Shown: positions 19,366-27,315, counted from the stretch's first letter. The stretch is DNA of 64,000 nucleotides from Azospirillum sp. 51_20 (GCA_001917175.1 MNTV01000026.1:817-64816), one strand, 5' to 3'. Program-made: numbers and translations. Notes: generated by a model from the letters alone, not told the origin.

Positions 19366-19513
19366 GATGAAGCAGCATCACATATCTGCTTTGATACCGG
19401 CTTGTTGTGCCTGCCTGATAAAAAGACTCTCCGTAAGCGTCAAAAACACTTTCAGGCTCGGCGTGTCCGGGGACTTATCGCTGCGGTACCTTCATTGTGA
19501 TGCTGTGTTCATC
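19366..19513 (+). ncRNA. unassigned rod-like structured element (candidate sRNA); strand tentative
   Basis: GATGAAGCAGCATCACA(19366-19382) pairs with TGTGATGCTGTGTTCATC(19496-19513): 17 bp with one bulge. Inner helices are gata/tatc, ccgg/ccgg and gcctga/tcaggc. An intrinsic terminator follows directly on the + strand. Confidence 0.3.
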
Positions 19514-19517
19514 CCAT

Positions 19518-19555
19518 AAAAAAACCTCTCCGCCAGGAGAGGTTTTTCGTTTTTA
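19518..19555. terminator. bidirectional rho-independent terminator
   Basis: acctctcc gcca ggagaggt, flanked by an A-run and a T-run. Ends the DUF1013 gene on the minus strand and the candidate RNA on the plus strand. Confidence 0.75.
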
Positions 19556-20476
19556 AGCTTCGGCCTTTTTGCTCTTTTTCTTTACCGTTTTTTTGGCAGC
19601 AGCCTTCTTTTCTTTGGCCGCGGCTTTTTTGGCAGCGGCTTTTTCCTTGGCGGCAGCTTTCTTTTCGGCTGCTTTCTGCCTGGCCGCTTCGGCTTTTTTC
19701 CGGTCGGCTTCCTTCTTTTTCGCCGCAGCGGCTTTTTTCTTTGCCGCTTCTTTTTCCTTTGCGGCGGCAGCTTTCTTCTTCTCGGCCTCTTTCTTTTTGG
19801 CTGCTTCGGCTTTCTTCTTCGCCGCTTCTTTTTCTTTTGCGGCGGCAGCTTTCAGTTTTTCCGCCTCTTTTTTTCTGGCAGCGGCGGCCTTGGCTTTCGC
19901 CGCAGATTTTCCGGCTTTCTTCTTCACCGTTTTTTTCGGCTGGCTTTTCAGTTCGGTCCATTTTTTGGAAACGGCAATTGCTTCGTCCAGGTCCTTTTCC
20001 TTGCACAAACCGACAGCAACCGGATTCTTCGGCCGCAGGTTGGCCATGTCGCGGTGCGTGCCGTCCCGCAGAGAAGCAATGGTCGGCTTGGTGGTACCGA
20101 TCAGCTTGCATATCTGGGAATCGATAATTTCCGGACAATTGCGCAAAATCCACAGAATAGCCGCCGGCTTGTCGCTGCGCTGCGACGGCGAAAGCACTTT
20201 TTTGTTCTTGCTGTTTTCCGCCTTGACGTTGCGTTCCGGTTCAACCCCGACAAGCGACGCGGAAGGATCCTGTTCGCAGCGGGCAATTTCGTCCGCCGTC
20301 AGCTGACCGCCGGTAACCGGATTCAGCCCGACGATGTTAAAAGCGACGTCGCCGTCGGCAATCGCCTGCACTTCCAGCTCGTGCAGTTCGCAGAAATCGC
20401 CGATTTGTTTAAAAGTCAAAGTCGTATTTTCAACCAGCCAGACGGCTGTTGCCTTGGGCATTAACGGGGCTGTCAT
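19553..20476 (-). CDS. DUF1013-family protein with a long Lys/Ala/Glu-rich C-terminal tail
   Basis: Start at ATG 20476 (MTAPLMPKATAVWLVENTTLTFKQIGDFCELHELEVQAIADGDVA is the DUF1013 signature as I recall it). The C-terminal ~130 aa are KKAAAAKEKEAAKKK-type low complexity. Confidence 0.8.
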   Translation of the reverse strand: MTAPLMPKATAVWLVENTTLTFKQIGDFCELHELEVQAIADGDVAFNIVGLNPVTGGQLTADEIARCEQDPSASLVGVEPERNVKAENSKNKKVLSPSQRSDKPAAILWILRNCPEIIDSQICKLIGTTKPTIASLRDGTHRDMANLRPKNPVAVGLCKEKDLDEAIAVSKKWTELKSQPKKTVKKKAGKSAAKAKAAAARKKEAEKLKAAAAKEKEAAKKKAEAAKKKEAEKKKAAAAKEKEAAKKKAAAAKKKEADRKKAEAARQKAAEKKAAAKEKAAAKKAAAKEKKAAAKKTVKKKSKKAEA

Positions 20477-20591
20477 TCTTCTGTCCTTTCTTTTTTGTTT
20501 TAAGCACACAGATTTTGTGAGCAAAAAACCCACATTCCATTATAGAATGCAGGTTAATTGAAAAAATTTAAGATAGTATTAAGATTAAATA

Positions 20592-20828
20592 CTATTCGCC
20601 GTCGGAAGTTTTGAGACCGAAAGCGCCAAACTTGTTCTTAAATTTGGACAACTGACCGCCGGTGTCAACCAGACGATAAACGCCGGTCCATGCCGGATGG
20701 GATTTCGGATCAATTTCCAAAGTCATCTTGTCTCCGGCTTTGCCCCAGGTGGATCTGGTGGTGGCTACGCTGCCGTCACTCATTACATAGGTAATTTCGT
20801 GATAATCCGGATGAATACCTTTTTTCAT
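20592..20828 (-). CDS. rpmE: 50S ribosomal protein L31
   Basis: [30 protein letters not shown]...[11 protein letters not shown]. Confidence 0.95.
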   Translation of the reverse strand: MKKGIHPDYHEITYVMSDGSVATTRSTWGKAGDKMTLEIDPKSHPAWTGVYRLVDTGGQLSKFKNKFGAFGLKTSDGE

Positions 20829-20924
20829 CTTATTTTCTCCATATCGAATTTTCAGTTGTCGTTCTTATACATTAGAGTTTCAAATAAAGCAAGCATTAAT
20901 TTAAAAAATTTTAAGCTTTTTCCA

Positions 20925-22160
20925 TTAATCCGCCTGCTCGAAAACTTCCACCGTGTTTTGCTTGCCGCGGTTGTCGGTATTGACGATTTTGATGCCGAAG
21001 TTTTTATAACCGCGGGTCATCAGATAAGAACGGATTTCCACCGCCCGGTTCAAACTCAGACGCTTGTTTTTGAAATCGTTGCCGCCGTCGTTGAAGTTGT
21101 AGGCGTAGATGAGGATTTTGCTTTCGCCCGGCCGTTTGAAGCCGTCGGCAATTGCTGCCAGCCGCGCCGTATTTTCGGCCGAAAGCTCAAACACGCCGCC
21201 GGCAAAGGCAATGACGTCGGCGGCCGGTTCTTCTTCCGCCACCGGAATCAGCGGCTGCAAAGCCGGTTCTTTTTCCTTTGCAACGACCGGGGCGGAACTC
21301 GTTTTTTCAATTTTTACCGGAATTTTTTCCGCCGGTTTGTCTTCCGCGGCAAAGTGCTTTTCTCCCTCTTTCCTGCTCTCTGCGGCGGAAATTTGCGCTT
21401 TTACCACCGGAACTTCCCGCGACACTTCCGCTTTCACCGCCCGTTCCGTATCTTTCGCCCGTACCGTTTTTTCGACCTTAACGGTTTTGTCCGCGTCGGC
21501 CTTCACCGCTTTATCCGCCGCAGGTTCGGCAACGACTGACGAAACCGGCTGCCGGGACACTGCCGGCATGCTTTTCTTTTCAATATCCGCTTTTATCGCC
21601 GGTTTTTCTTTTACCGCCGGTTTGGCCTCCGGCTTTTTTCTCTCTGCCGCCGGCTTTTTTGTTGCGGAAACGATCGTGTTTCCGGACACGTTTTCCTTAA
21701 CTGCCGCAGGCTTGGTTTCCGCCGCCGCGGGCTTTGCCGGCAATGCCGCCTTTTTAACGGTTACTGCCTTATCTTCTGCCGGCCTCTTTTTTTGTGCCGC
21801 AACAGGTTCGGCCGCCGGTTCGGACTTAACCGGCAGCGGACGTATATTCGGTTTGCGTTCGGGAACGGGAATCGTTTTTACCGCCGGTTCGGTTTTTGCT
21901 TTTACCGCAACCGGAGTTTTCTCCGGTTTACCCTTTATCTCAGCCGGCGCCGGCCTGACCGCCCGGGGCTTGTCGCCGATAACCGGCTTAGGCAGCGGAC
22001 GCAGGGACGAATCGTCAAATACGGGGAAAAGCGGCGCATCGACTCCGGCAGGCGCGGCGTCCAGACCGTCCAACACCGAAAGATCAACATAAACGTCGTC
22101 GGCCGCCGCCCGTCCCCACAACAGGCAGGAAACCGTTACCAACATCCAGACTTTGCGCAT
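20925..22160 (-). CDS. OmpA/MotB-domain protein with a long Pro/Ala/Lys-rich linker
   Basis: Signal peptide MRKVWMLVTVSCLLWGRAAA, about 300 aa of P/A/K/E-rich sequence, then a C-terminal OmpA-like block (NKRLSLNRAVEIRSYLMTRG). Confidence 0.75.
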   Translation of the reverse strand: MRKVWMLVTVSCLLWGRAAADDVYVDLSVLDGLDAAPAGVDAPLFPVFDDSSLRPLPKPVIGDKPRAVRPAPAEIKGKPEKTPVAVKAKTEPAVKTIPVPERKPNIRPLPVKSEPAAEPVAAQKKRPAEDKAVTVKKAALPAKPAAAETKPAAVKENVSGNTIVSATKKPAAERKKPEAKPAVKEKPAIKADIEKKSMPAVSRQPVSSVVAEPAADKAVKADADKTVKVEKTVRAKDTERAVKAEVSREVPVVKAQISAAESRKEGEKHFAAEDKPAEKIPVKIEKTSSAPVVAKEKEPALQPLIPVAEEEPAADVIAFAGGVFELSAENTARLAAIADGFKRPGESKILIYAYNFNDGGNDFKNKRLSLNRAVEIRSYLMTRGYKNFGIKIVNTDNRGKQNTVEVFEQAD

Positions 22161-22185
22161 TCTCTTCCCCCGAAAGACAAAAACA

Positions 22186-22986
22186 CTATCCCGCCAGTCT
22201 GACGATAAACGCCTCCAGCGAGGTGTTGGTCGCCGCCAACTCGTCGGAAACGATCACCTGTTCGATTTTTTCCGGCGCAAATTCTTCCCGTTTCAGGTTA
22301 TAGACGTAACCGCCGGCTTCGCGCACCAGCAACAGACCGGCAACCGCCGAATTCAGATTGCTGCCGAGGCTGAGGCAGACATCCATTTTGCCGGCGGCAA
22401 CGCCGGCCAGCGAGAGCGCAACGGAACCGAGCAGCCGAACGTTTTCGGTTTCGGCAAACAAATCGCGGTAAGCGGCGGTATATTCCGCGCTGCCGTGCTG
22501 AAAGCCGATTGAGGCCGCCACCAGAGCCGCGGTGCCATCCTTGACGGCGGAAACGCGCAGACGTTCGTGGTTGCGGAAGCCTTCCTTGTAGGCGCCGCTG
22601 CCCTTTTCGGCAAAATACAGCTCGTCACTGGCACGGTTATAGACGACCGAAGCCTTGACTTCGCCGTTTTCGCAATAGGCGACGGTGGTGGCAAACACCG
22701 GAATGCCGCGGACAAAGTTGCCCATGCCGTCAATCGGATTGACCATAAAACAGCATCCGCGGGAAAGCGGCGGTTTGCCGTCGACAAAGACGGCGTCCGG
22801 CCGCAGCCGGGAAAGTTCGCTTTTCAGAGTCTGCGCCACCCGCTCGAAAGAACGGGAAACGAAATTCTGATAACCGCGCACCGAAGACTGCAGCTTCTCA
22901 ATCTCGTTGAAGTCGCGGTCAAGCGACGCCGTTGCCTTTTTGACGGCGCCGACCAAAAGCGTGAGAGTTGGGGAAAGATACGACAT
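22186..22986 (-). CDS. suhB: inositol monophosphatase family protein (SuhB-like)
   Basis: VNPIDGMGNFVRGIPVFATTVAY and a C-terminal G..LLGSVALSLAGVAAG pattern. Its ATG shares one base with the efp stop (TAATG). Confidence 0.85.
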   Translation of the reverse strand: MSYLSPTLTLLVGAVKKATASLDRDFNEIEKLQSSVRGYQNFVSRSFERVAQTLKSELSRLRPDAVFVDGKPPLSRGCCFMVNPIDGMGNFVRGIPVFATTVAYCENGEVKASVVYNRASDELYFAEKGSGAYKEGFRNHERLRVSAVKDGTAALVAASIGFQHGSAEYTAAYRDLFAETENVRLLGSVALSLAGVAAGKMDVCLSLGSNLNSAVAGLLLVREAGGYVYNLKREEFAPEKIEQVIVSDELAATNTSLEAFIVRLAG

Positions 22987-23549
22987 TATTTGGCTCTTTC
23001 GACATAGTTGGCTTCGGCCGTGCCGACCACGACCTTTTCACCCTGGTTGATAAACGGCGGAACCATGATGCGGACGCCGTTGTCCAAAATCGCCGGTTTG
23101 TAGGACGAAGCCGCGGTCTGTCCTTTGACCACCGGTTCGGTTTCGGCAATGGTGCAGACGACCTGCTGCGGCAGTTCGACCGCCACCGGACGACCGTCGA
23201 TGAAATTGATGTAAACGGTCATGCCTTCGACCATAAACGGACGGGAATCGCCCAAAATGTCGGCAGGCATAACAAACTGTTCAAAAGTTTCCGAATCCAT
23301 AAAGGTCAGACCGAGAGCGTCTTCATAGAGGAACTGGCAGTCTTTTTCTTCCACCATCAGTTTTTCGACCGTATCTTCGGAACGGAAACGCTCGTTGGTT
23401 TTGGTTCCTTCCTCAACCGACTTCATTTCGACCTGCATAAAGGCGCCGCCCTTGCCCGGCTTGATGTGGGTTGCCTTAACGACCGTCCAGGGTTTGCCCT
23501 TGTATTCGATTACCCAGCCGATTCTGATGGATACTGCTTGCTGCTTCAT
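22986..23549 (-). CDS. efp: elongation factor P
   Basis: KPGKGGAFMQVEMKSVEEGTKTNERFRS. Start set to ATG 23549 (AAGGAG upstream); the listed GTG start overlaps the RBS. Confidence 0.95.
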   Translation of the reverse strand: MKQQAVSIRIGWVIEYKGKPWTVVKATHIKPGKGGAFMQVEMKSVEEGTKTNERFRSEDTVEKLMVEEKDCQFLYEDALGLTFMDSETFEQFVMPADILGDSRPFMVEGMTVYINFIDGRPVAVELPQQVVCTIAETEPVVKGQTAASSYKPAILDNGVRIMVPPFINQGEKVVVGTAEANYVERAK

Positions 23550-23610
23550 TTTCTTATTCACTCCTTAATTTTTGATTTTTTGAATTTTATCAAGATAATT
23601 ACTCTAAACT

Positions 23611-24144
23611 TTATTTTTTCGCAACTAAAATCTTATAGTCTTCGGGGCTTAAAATCACCATGTCCGCGGGCCAGGCGGAAAAATTGACGGAACCGTCCAT
23701 CGGCTCGACCGCCGTCTGCAGCAGAAAAAACTCCGCATACCAGTCGGCCAGCGCTTTGGTTTTCTCCGCCCCCTCACTCCAGATGCGGAAAACAACAAAG
23801 TCCGGTTCGTTTTCGCTTACGATCATCGCTTCATGACGGCGGCTGCGGCAGATAACGCCGAGAAAACGACGGCCGAGCTGCCGGCGCAGGGCCGCCATCT
23901 CCTTTTTGATTGCCGTTGAGGCGCTCAGATCGGCAACAATGCCGTCGGCGCCGAGTTTAACCGCCAGCGCGGCGGCGTCTTCGCCTTCAAGCAGCGCAAT
24001 TTTTCCGGCCGCCTCAATCTTCCGGATTATCCTGCCGAGGCAGTCCTCCGGCAGGGAAGCAGACAGAATGAAACATTCGACGTTCTTTTCGTCGATGCAG
24101 TTTTCGGCGCTTTCGGCCGTAATTTTGAGAATAAATTTAGGCAT
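23611..24144 (-). CDS. thiamine-phosphate-synthase (TMP-TENI)-like protein, function uncertain
   Basis: 177-aa ORF. The LGADGIVADL and VVF segments are only a loose resemblance to ThiE/TenI-fold proteins. Confidence 0.4.
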   Translation of the reverse strand: MPKFILKITAESAENCIDEKNVECFILSASLPEDCLGRIIRKIEAAGKIALLEGEDAAALAVKLGADGIVADLSASTAIKKEMAALRRQLGRRFLGVICRSRRHEAMIVSENEPDFVVFRIWSEGAEKTKALADWYAEFFLLQTAVEPMDGSVNFSAWPADMVILSPEDYKILVAKK

Positions 24145-24236
24145 ATCCGTTTTTGCCGCTTGAAAAAATAGTTAATGACCGGTATTATCGGGAGATTATA
24201 AGCTAACGGCATCGATAAAGAAAGAAAAATTTTACC

Positions 24237-24452
24237 ATGGAAACAGAAATTTCGCGTTTCAAGGAAACGGCGGAAGCCCTGAACGAAATCGACGCGGCGC
24301 TCAACGAGCTGCAGCGGGCATTTGAAAACAAGCGGGAAAACGTTTCCCGCCTTAAAGAAACCGCCGCCCGTTCGGTTGCCCGTATCGACGAACTGATCAA
24401 CAAACTGAACACGGCACGGGAGCAAAATGGCACAAGTAACGGTAACGATTAA
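24237..24452 (+). CDS. ZauP/ZapB-like coiled-coil protein (DUF4164-like)
   Basis: 71-aa heptad-rich ORF immediately upstream of zapA and overlapping it. This arrangement is known for ZauP-ZapA in Caulobacter. Confidence 0.5.
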   Translation: METEISRFKETAEALNEIDAALNELQRAFENKRENVSRLKETAARSVARIDELINKLNTAREQNGTSNGND

Positions 24453-24765
24453 TTCCCGCGAATATCCGATTGCCTGCGAAAGCGGTCAGGAAGCGCGGAT
24501 CATGCAGCTGGCCGGCGTTTTGGAAGAAAAGGCGCGGCTGTTGAAAGATATCAGCGGACAAATCAGCGAAAACATGCTGCTGGCAATGATCGGCATTCTG
24601 GTTGCCGACGATTTGCTTGAAGCGCGCAAAAACAACCCCGCGCCGGTTGCCCCCGCGGGGGAAGACGCCGCCCGGACCGCTGCCGCCGACCGCGAACTTT
24701 CCGCCCGGCTCAGGGTTGTGAGCGAAAAAATAAAAGCTGTTGCAAAACAGATCGAATCATTATAA
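24427..24765 (+). CDS. zapA: cell division protein ZapA
   Basis: MAQVTVTINSREYPIACESGQEARIMQLAGVLEEKARLL is a typical ZapA N-terminus. 112 aa. Confidence 0.85.
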   Translation: MAQVTVTINSREYPIACESGQEARIMQLAGVLEEKARLLKDISGQISENMLLAMIGILVADDLLEARKNNPAPVAPAGEDAARTAAADRELSARLRVVSEKIKAVAKQIESL

Positions 24766-24772
24766 TATCGGT

Positions 24773-24942
24773 TTATGGAGAGGTGACTGTCCGGTTCGTA
24801 ATTCCGCAGATCTTCCGAGCCAACGTAATTTTATCGGGAATTGTCCCTGGCAGGATCGTGGTCCTGTTATATGATGCCCACCTATTGAGATGCGGTTCGA
24901 GACAGAATGTACCTATACGGCCCGACGGTTCTCTCTTTTTTT
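24773..24942 (+). ncRNA. ssrS: 6S RNA candidate
   Basis: Lies directly downstream of zapA, the conserved proteobacterial position. TATAAT at 24761-24766. Closing helix GGAGAGG/CTCTCT plus CTGTCCGG/CCGACGG. CCGAGCCAACGUAAUUUUAUC resembles E. coli CUGAGCCGAUAUUUCAUAC. Ends in a T-run. Confidence 0.55.
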
Positions 24943-24952
24943 GTTACCTTTC

Positions 24953-24977
24953 AACTCCGGCCGCCGGAGTTTTTTTT
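24953..24977 (+). terminator. rho-independent terminator
   Basis: aactccgg ccg ccggagtt followed by ttttttt. Confidence 0.75.
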
Positions 24978-24995
24978 AATTAACGGAGAAAACTG

Positions 24996-25790
24996 TTGAA
25001 GATCATTTATTTGGGCGACGTGGTCGGCCGGGCGGGAAGAGACGCCGTCTTAAACAACCTGCCGCTGATGCGGGAAAAATACAAGGCCGACGTAATTATC
25101 GTCAATGTTGAAAACGCCGCCCACGGCTTCGGCGTCACGCCGGGAATCGCCCGCGAGTTTCTGGAACGCGGCGCCGACGTTCTGACTACCGGCAACCATG
25201 TCTGGCAGCAGCGTGACATCATCCCTTTCTTAGACGAGTGCAAACGCATTGTCCGGCCGCTGAACTATCCCGACAGCGCACCCGGCCGCGGAGCGGTCGA
25301 ATTTGAACTGGCCAGCGGCAAAAAAATTCTTGTTACCCAGGTGCTGGGACGAGTCTTCATGGACAGCGTTGACAACCCCGCGTTTGTCCTCGACCGGCTG
25401 TTAAAGAACTATGCGCTCGGCCGCAACATTGCCGCCGTTTTCGTCGACGTCCATGCCGAATCGACCTCGGAAAAGCTTTCTCTCGGACACTATCTCGACG
25501 GCCGGGTTTCCATTGTTGCCGGCACCCACACCCACATCCCCACCGCCGACGCCCATATCTTAAACGGCGGCACCGCCTACATCACCGACGTCGGCATGTG
25601 CGGTAATTACGACTCCGTGCTCGGCTTTGACAAACAGGCGCCGATCGACCGGCTGTGCCAGCGTTACAACGGCAACCGGCTGGAAGTCTGCCGCAGCGGC
25701 GGCACCGTATGGGGAATCGCGGTTCAAACCGACGACAAAACCGGTCTGGCCGAAACAATCGAACAATTCAGCTTAAAAGGAAACGAATGA
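24996..25790 (+). CDS. YmdB-like (TIGR00282-type) metallophosphoesterase
   Basis: TTG start. MKIIYLGDVVGRAGRDAV...VIIVNVENAAHGFGVTP...TTGNHVW...GTHTHIPTAD. Confidence 0.85.
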   Translation: MKIIYLGDVVGRAGRDAVLNNLPLMREKYKADVIIVNVENAAHGFGVTPGIAREFLERGADVLTTGNHVWQQRDIIPFLDECKRIVRPLNYPDSAPGRGAVEFELASGKKILVTQVLGRVFMDSVDNPAFVLDRLLKNYALGRNIAAVFVDVHAESTSEKLSLGHYLDGRVSIVAGTHTHIPTADAHILNGGTAYITDVGMCGNYDSVLGFDKQAPIDRLCQRYNGNRLEVCRSGGTVWGIAVQTDDKTGLAETIEQFSLKGNE

Positions 25791-26239
25791 TGGCGGAAAA
25801 GGAATATATCAGCTACGAGGAAATCAACAGCGAATGCAAAAAACTGGCTTATATTCTTGCCGGATGCGGTTTTAAACGCATTATCGCGGTCGCCCGCGGC
25901 GGGCTGGTGCCGGCCTGCGTTCTCGCCCAGTTTCTCGGCATCAGGGAAATCAGCAGCATCTCGCTGGCCAGCTATGAGGGCGAAGCCCGCAGCGAACTCA
26001 AATGTCTGGTGCCGCCCGACATCCGCATGGACGAGGAAACGCTGTTCGTGGATGACCTTTACGATTCCGGCAGCACTTACCGTTATTTGAAAGAAAAATA
26101 TCCGCGGGCCAAAATCGCCGTTTTGTTCAGCAAAGACCCGGCAGCCGAGCTTGACTTTCCGGCCGCGCCGAAAGTTCCCGGCCGCTGGCTGGTATTCCCC
26201 TGGGAATTTGAACCGATTGAAAGCAGCAGCGGCAAATAG
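25787..26239 (+). CDS. gpt: xanthine-guanine phosphoribosyltransferase
   Basis: IIAVARGGLVPACVLAQFLGI...LFVDDLYDSGST...WLVFPWE parallels E. coli Gpt. The start overlaps the upstream stop (ATGATG). Confidence 0.8.
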   Translation: MMAEKEYISYEEINSECKKLAYILAGCGFKRIIAVARGGLVPACVLAQFLGIREISSISLASYEGEARSELKCLVPPDIRMDEETLFVDDLYDSGSTYRYLKEKYPRAKIAVLFSKDPAAELDFPAAPKVPGRWLVFPWEFEPIESSSGK

Positions 26240-26253
26240 TTTTCGTTTTTCCG

Positions 26254-26281
26254 GACACGGGCGGATTTCCCCGTCTTTTTT
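26254..26281 (+). terminator. rho-independent terminator of gpt
   Basis: gac(ac)ggg ... cccgtc followed by tttttt. Confidence 0.55.
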
Positions 26282-26314
26282 CAAAAATTCCCCGCAGAAA
26301 GAACAACTTTCCGC

Positions 26315-26343
26315 TTGTCAAAAACCGGTGTTTTCTTTAATAT
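26315..26343 (+). promoter_or_regulatory. sigma70-type promoter P1
   Basis: TTGTCA(26315-26320), 17-nt spacer, TAATAT(26338-26343). Confidence 0.55.
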
Positions 26344-26349
26344 CAGTTC

Positions 26350-26524
26350 TGCATCCGGGAGGCCGAATGCGGAGTGTCAGAGCTCCTTCATACAAAATAA
26401 TATCCCCTGAAAGAGGGAGATGCTGAAATAAGCGCGCTTTCAAGCGTGACGAATAAGGTGTACTGTATTGTATGAACAGTTCTGAACTCCCTCACCTTGA
26501 ATTTATCAAGGTGAGTTTTGTTTT
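26350..26524 (+). ncRNA. candidate structured sRNA, copy 1
   Basis: 5' hairpin gcatccgg-gagg-ccgaatgc (26351-26370). GAGCUCCUUC at 26380-26389. Intrinsic terminator ctcaccttga-attta-tcaaggtgag (26491-26515) plus a T-run. Confidence 0.5.
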
Positions 26525-26577
26525 AACCGAAGGTAAATAAGCAAAACGAGGAGTGGCTGGAGGAAAAAAGAAATCTC

Positions 26578-26606
26578 TTGCCAACGGGCGGCAATTTCTT
26601 TAATAT
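26578..26606 (+). promoter_or_regulatory. sigma70-type promoter P2 (paralogue of P1)
   Basis: TTGCCA(26578-26583), 17-nt spacer, TAATAT(26601-26606). The sequence from -15 through the first hairpin is nearly identical to P1/copy 1. Confidence 0.55.
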
Positions 26607-26612
26607 CAGCCC

Positions 26613-26774
26613 TGCATCCGGGAGGCCGGATGCGGTGTCTAACAAACATCTTCAACGTAAAAATCCTTCTTCGGAAGGAGTGCCGGTAATATGCCGAATA
26701 ACGGCGACTGCATACGTTGACAGTTTTTGAGCTCCTTCCGCCTAAGGGTTTTCCCCGGGCGGTTTTGTTTTTTT
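26613..26774 (+). ncRNA. candidate structured sRNA copy 2, or terminator-containing leader of the downstream small ORF
   Basis: Perfect 5' hairpin gcatccgg-gagg-ccggatgc (26614-26633). UUCG hairpin tccttc-ttcg-gaagga (26664-26679). GAGCUCCUUC at 26729-26738 abuts the terminator (26738-26762) and its T-run (26763-26774). Confidence 0.5.
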
Positions 26775-26805
26775 ACCATAAACAAAATCAAGGGAGTTTC
26801 AAACT

Positions 26806-27075
26806 ATGTTTAACAACAAAATCAAAAAAATAATCGGACAAGAGCTGCACAAATACCGCTGTGACCGTTTTCTGCCCTGGTATGTGATCGACAACATGGA
26901 GATAGGCAGCGTGCGCAAATGGGAACATTACCGTCATCTGCTTGAGTTTTACGGCAAAGAGCTCAAAATCGAACTGATTGAGAGAAGCGGGCGCATCGGG
27001 AACGGTACCGTGAAAAACGACGGCGGAAACAACCGGCGAGAAACAATGAAAAGATCGGACACGTCCGAAAGATGA
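26806..27075 (+). CDS. hypothetical small protein (faint XRE-HTH-like pattern)
   Basis: 89 codons with RBS AGGGAG 9 nt upstream. Only 31 nt separate it from the copy-2 terminator, so no separate promoter is visible. Confidence 0.4.
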   Translation: MFNNKIKKIIGQELHKYRCDRFLPWYVIDNMEIGSVRKWEHYRHLLEFYGKELKIELIERSGRIGNGTVKNDGGNNRRETMKRSDTSER

Positions 27076-27315
27076 AACAAAGAAAAAAAGCAAAAAAACA
27101 GCGAGAGAGAGAAAGAGGGAAAGATAAGAAAAAACAAGGAAAGGAAAGAAAAAGAAAAAAGATAAAGACAAATAAAGAGAAAAAACAAGAAAAAAGCAAA
27201 AAACGGAAAGAATAAACGAGTGAATAAAAGTAAAGAAGAAAAAAAAGGAGTAAGCAAGAGAGAAAGGAGAAGAAGGAAGAAGGAAAAAGGAGAAACAAAA
27301 AGACAAGAGAAAAAA
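27067..27315 (+). other. ~250-nt polypurine (A/G) tract
   Basis: By hand count about 22 pyrimidines in 249 nt on the + strand (about 91% purine). Contains repeated AAGGAG/GGAA/GAAGAAGGAAGAAGGA motifs. Lies between the small-ORF stop and a terminator. Confidence 0.9.

Noticed and set aside
19366-19513. Identity of the rod-like element as SRP RNA, RNase P RNA, tmRNA or 6S
   Set aside because: There is no GGAA-type apical loop or the SRP domain IV motif as I recall it (GUCCGGAAGGAAGCAGC). AAGTCCCCGGAC and ACAACAAGCCGG on the minus strand loosely resemble RNase P CR-I/CR-V but are only ~70 nt apart. No tRNA-like T-arm is present. A better 6S candidate sits after zapA.
19509-20306. Alternative-frame ORFs (214 and 245 codons) over the DUF1013 tail
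   Set aside because: They are products of the low-complexity GC/AAG repeat DNA. Only the frame continuing from the conserved DUF1013 core is credible.
27073-27162. TGA recoding or an alternative genetic code extending the small ORF into a K/E/R tail
   Set aside because: Standard-code translation gives full-length housekeeping proteins throughout the window, several of which end in TGA. The extension is only 29 codons and is explained by purine-tract composition.
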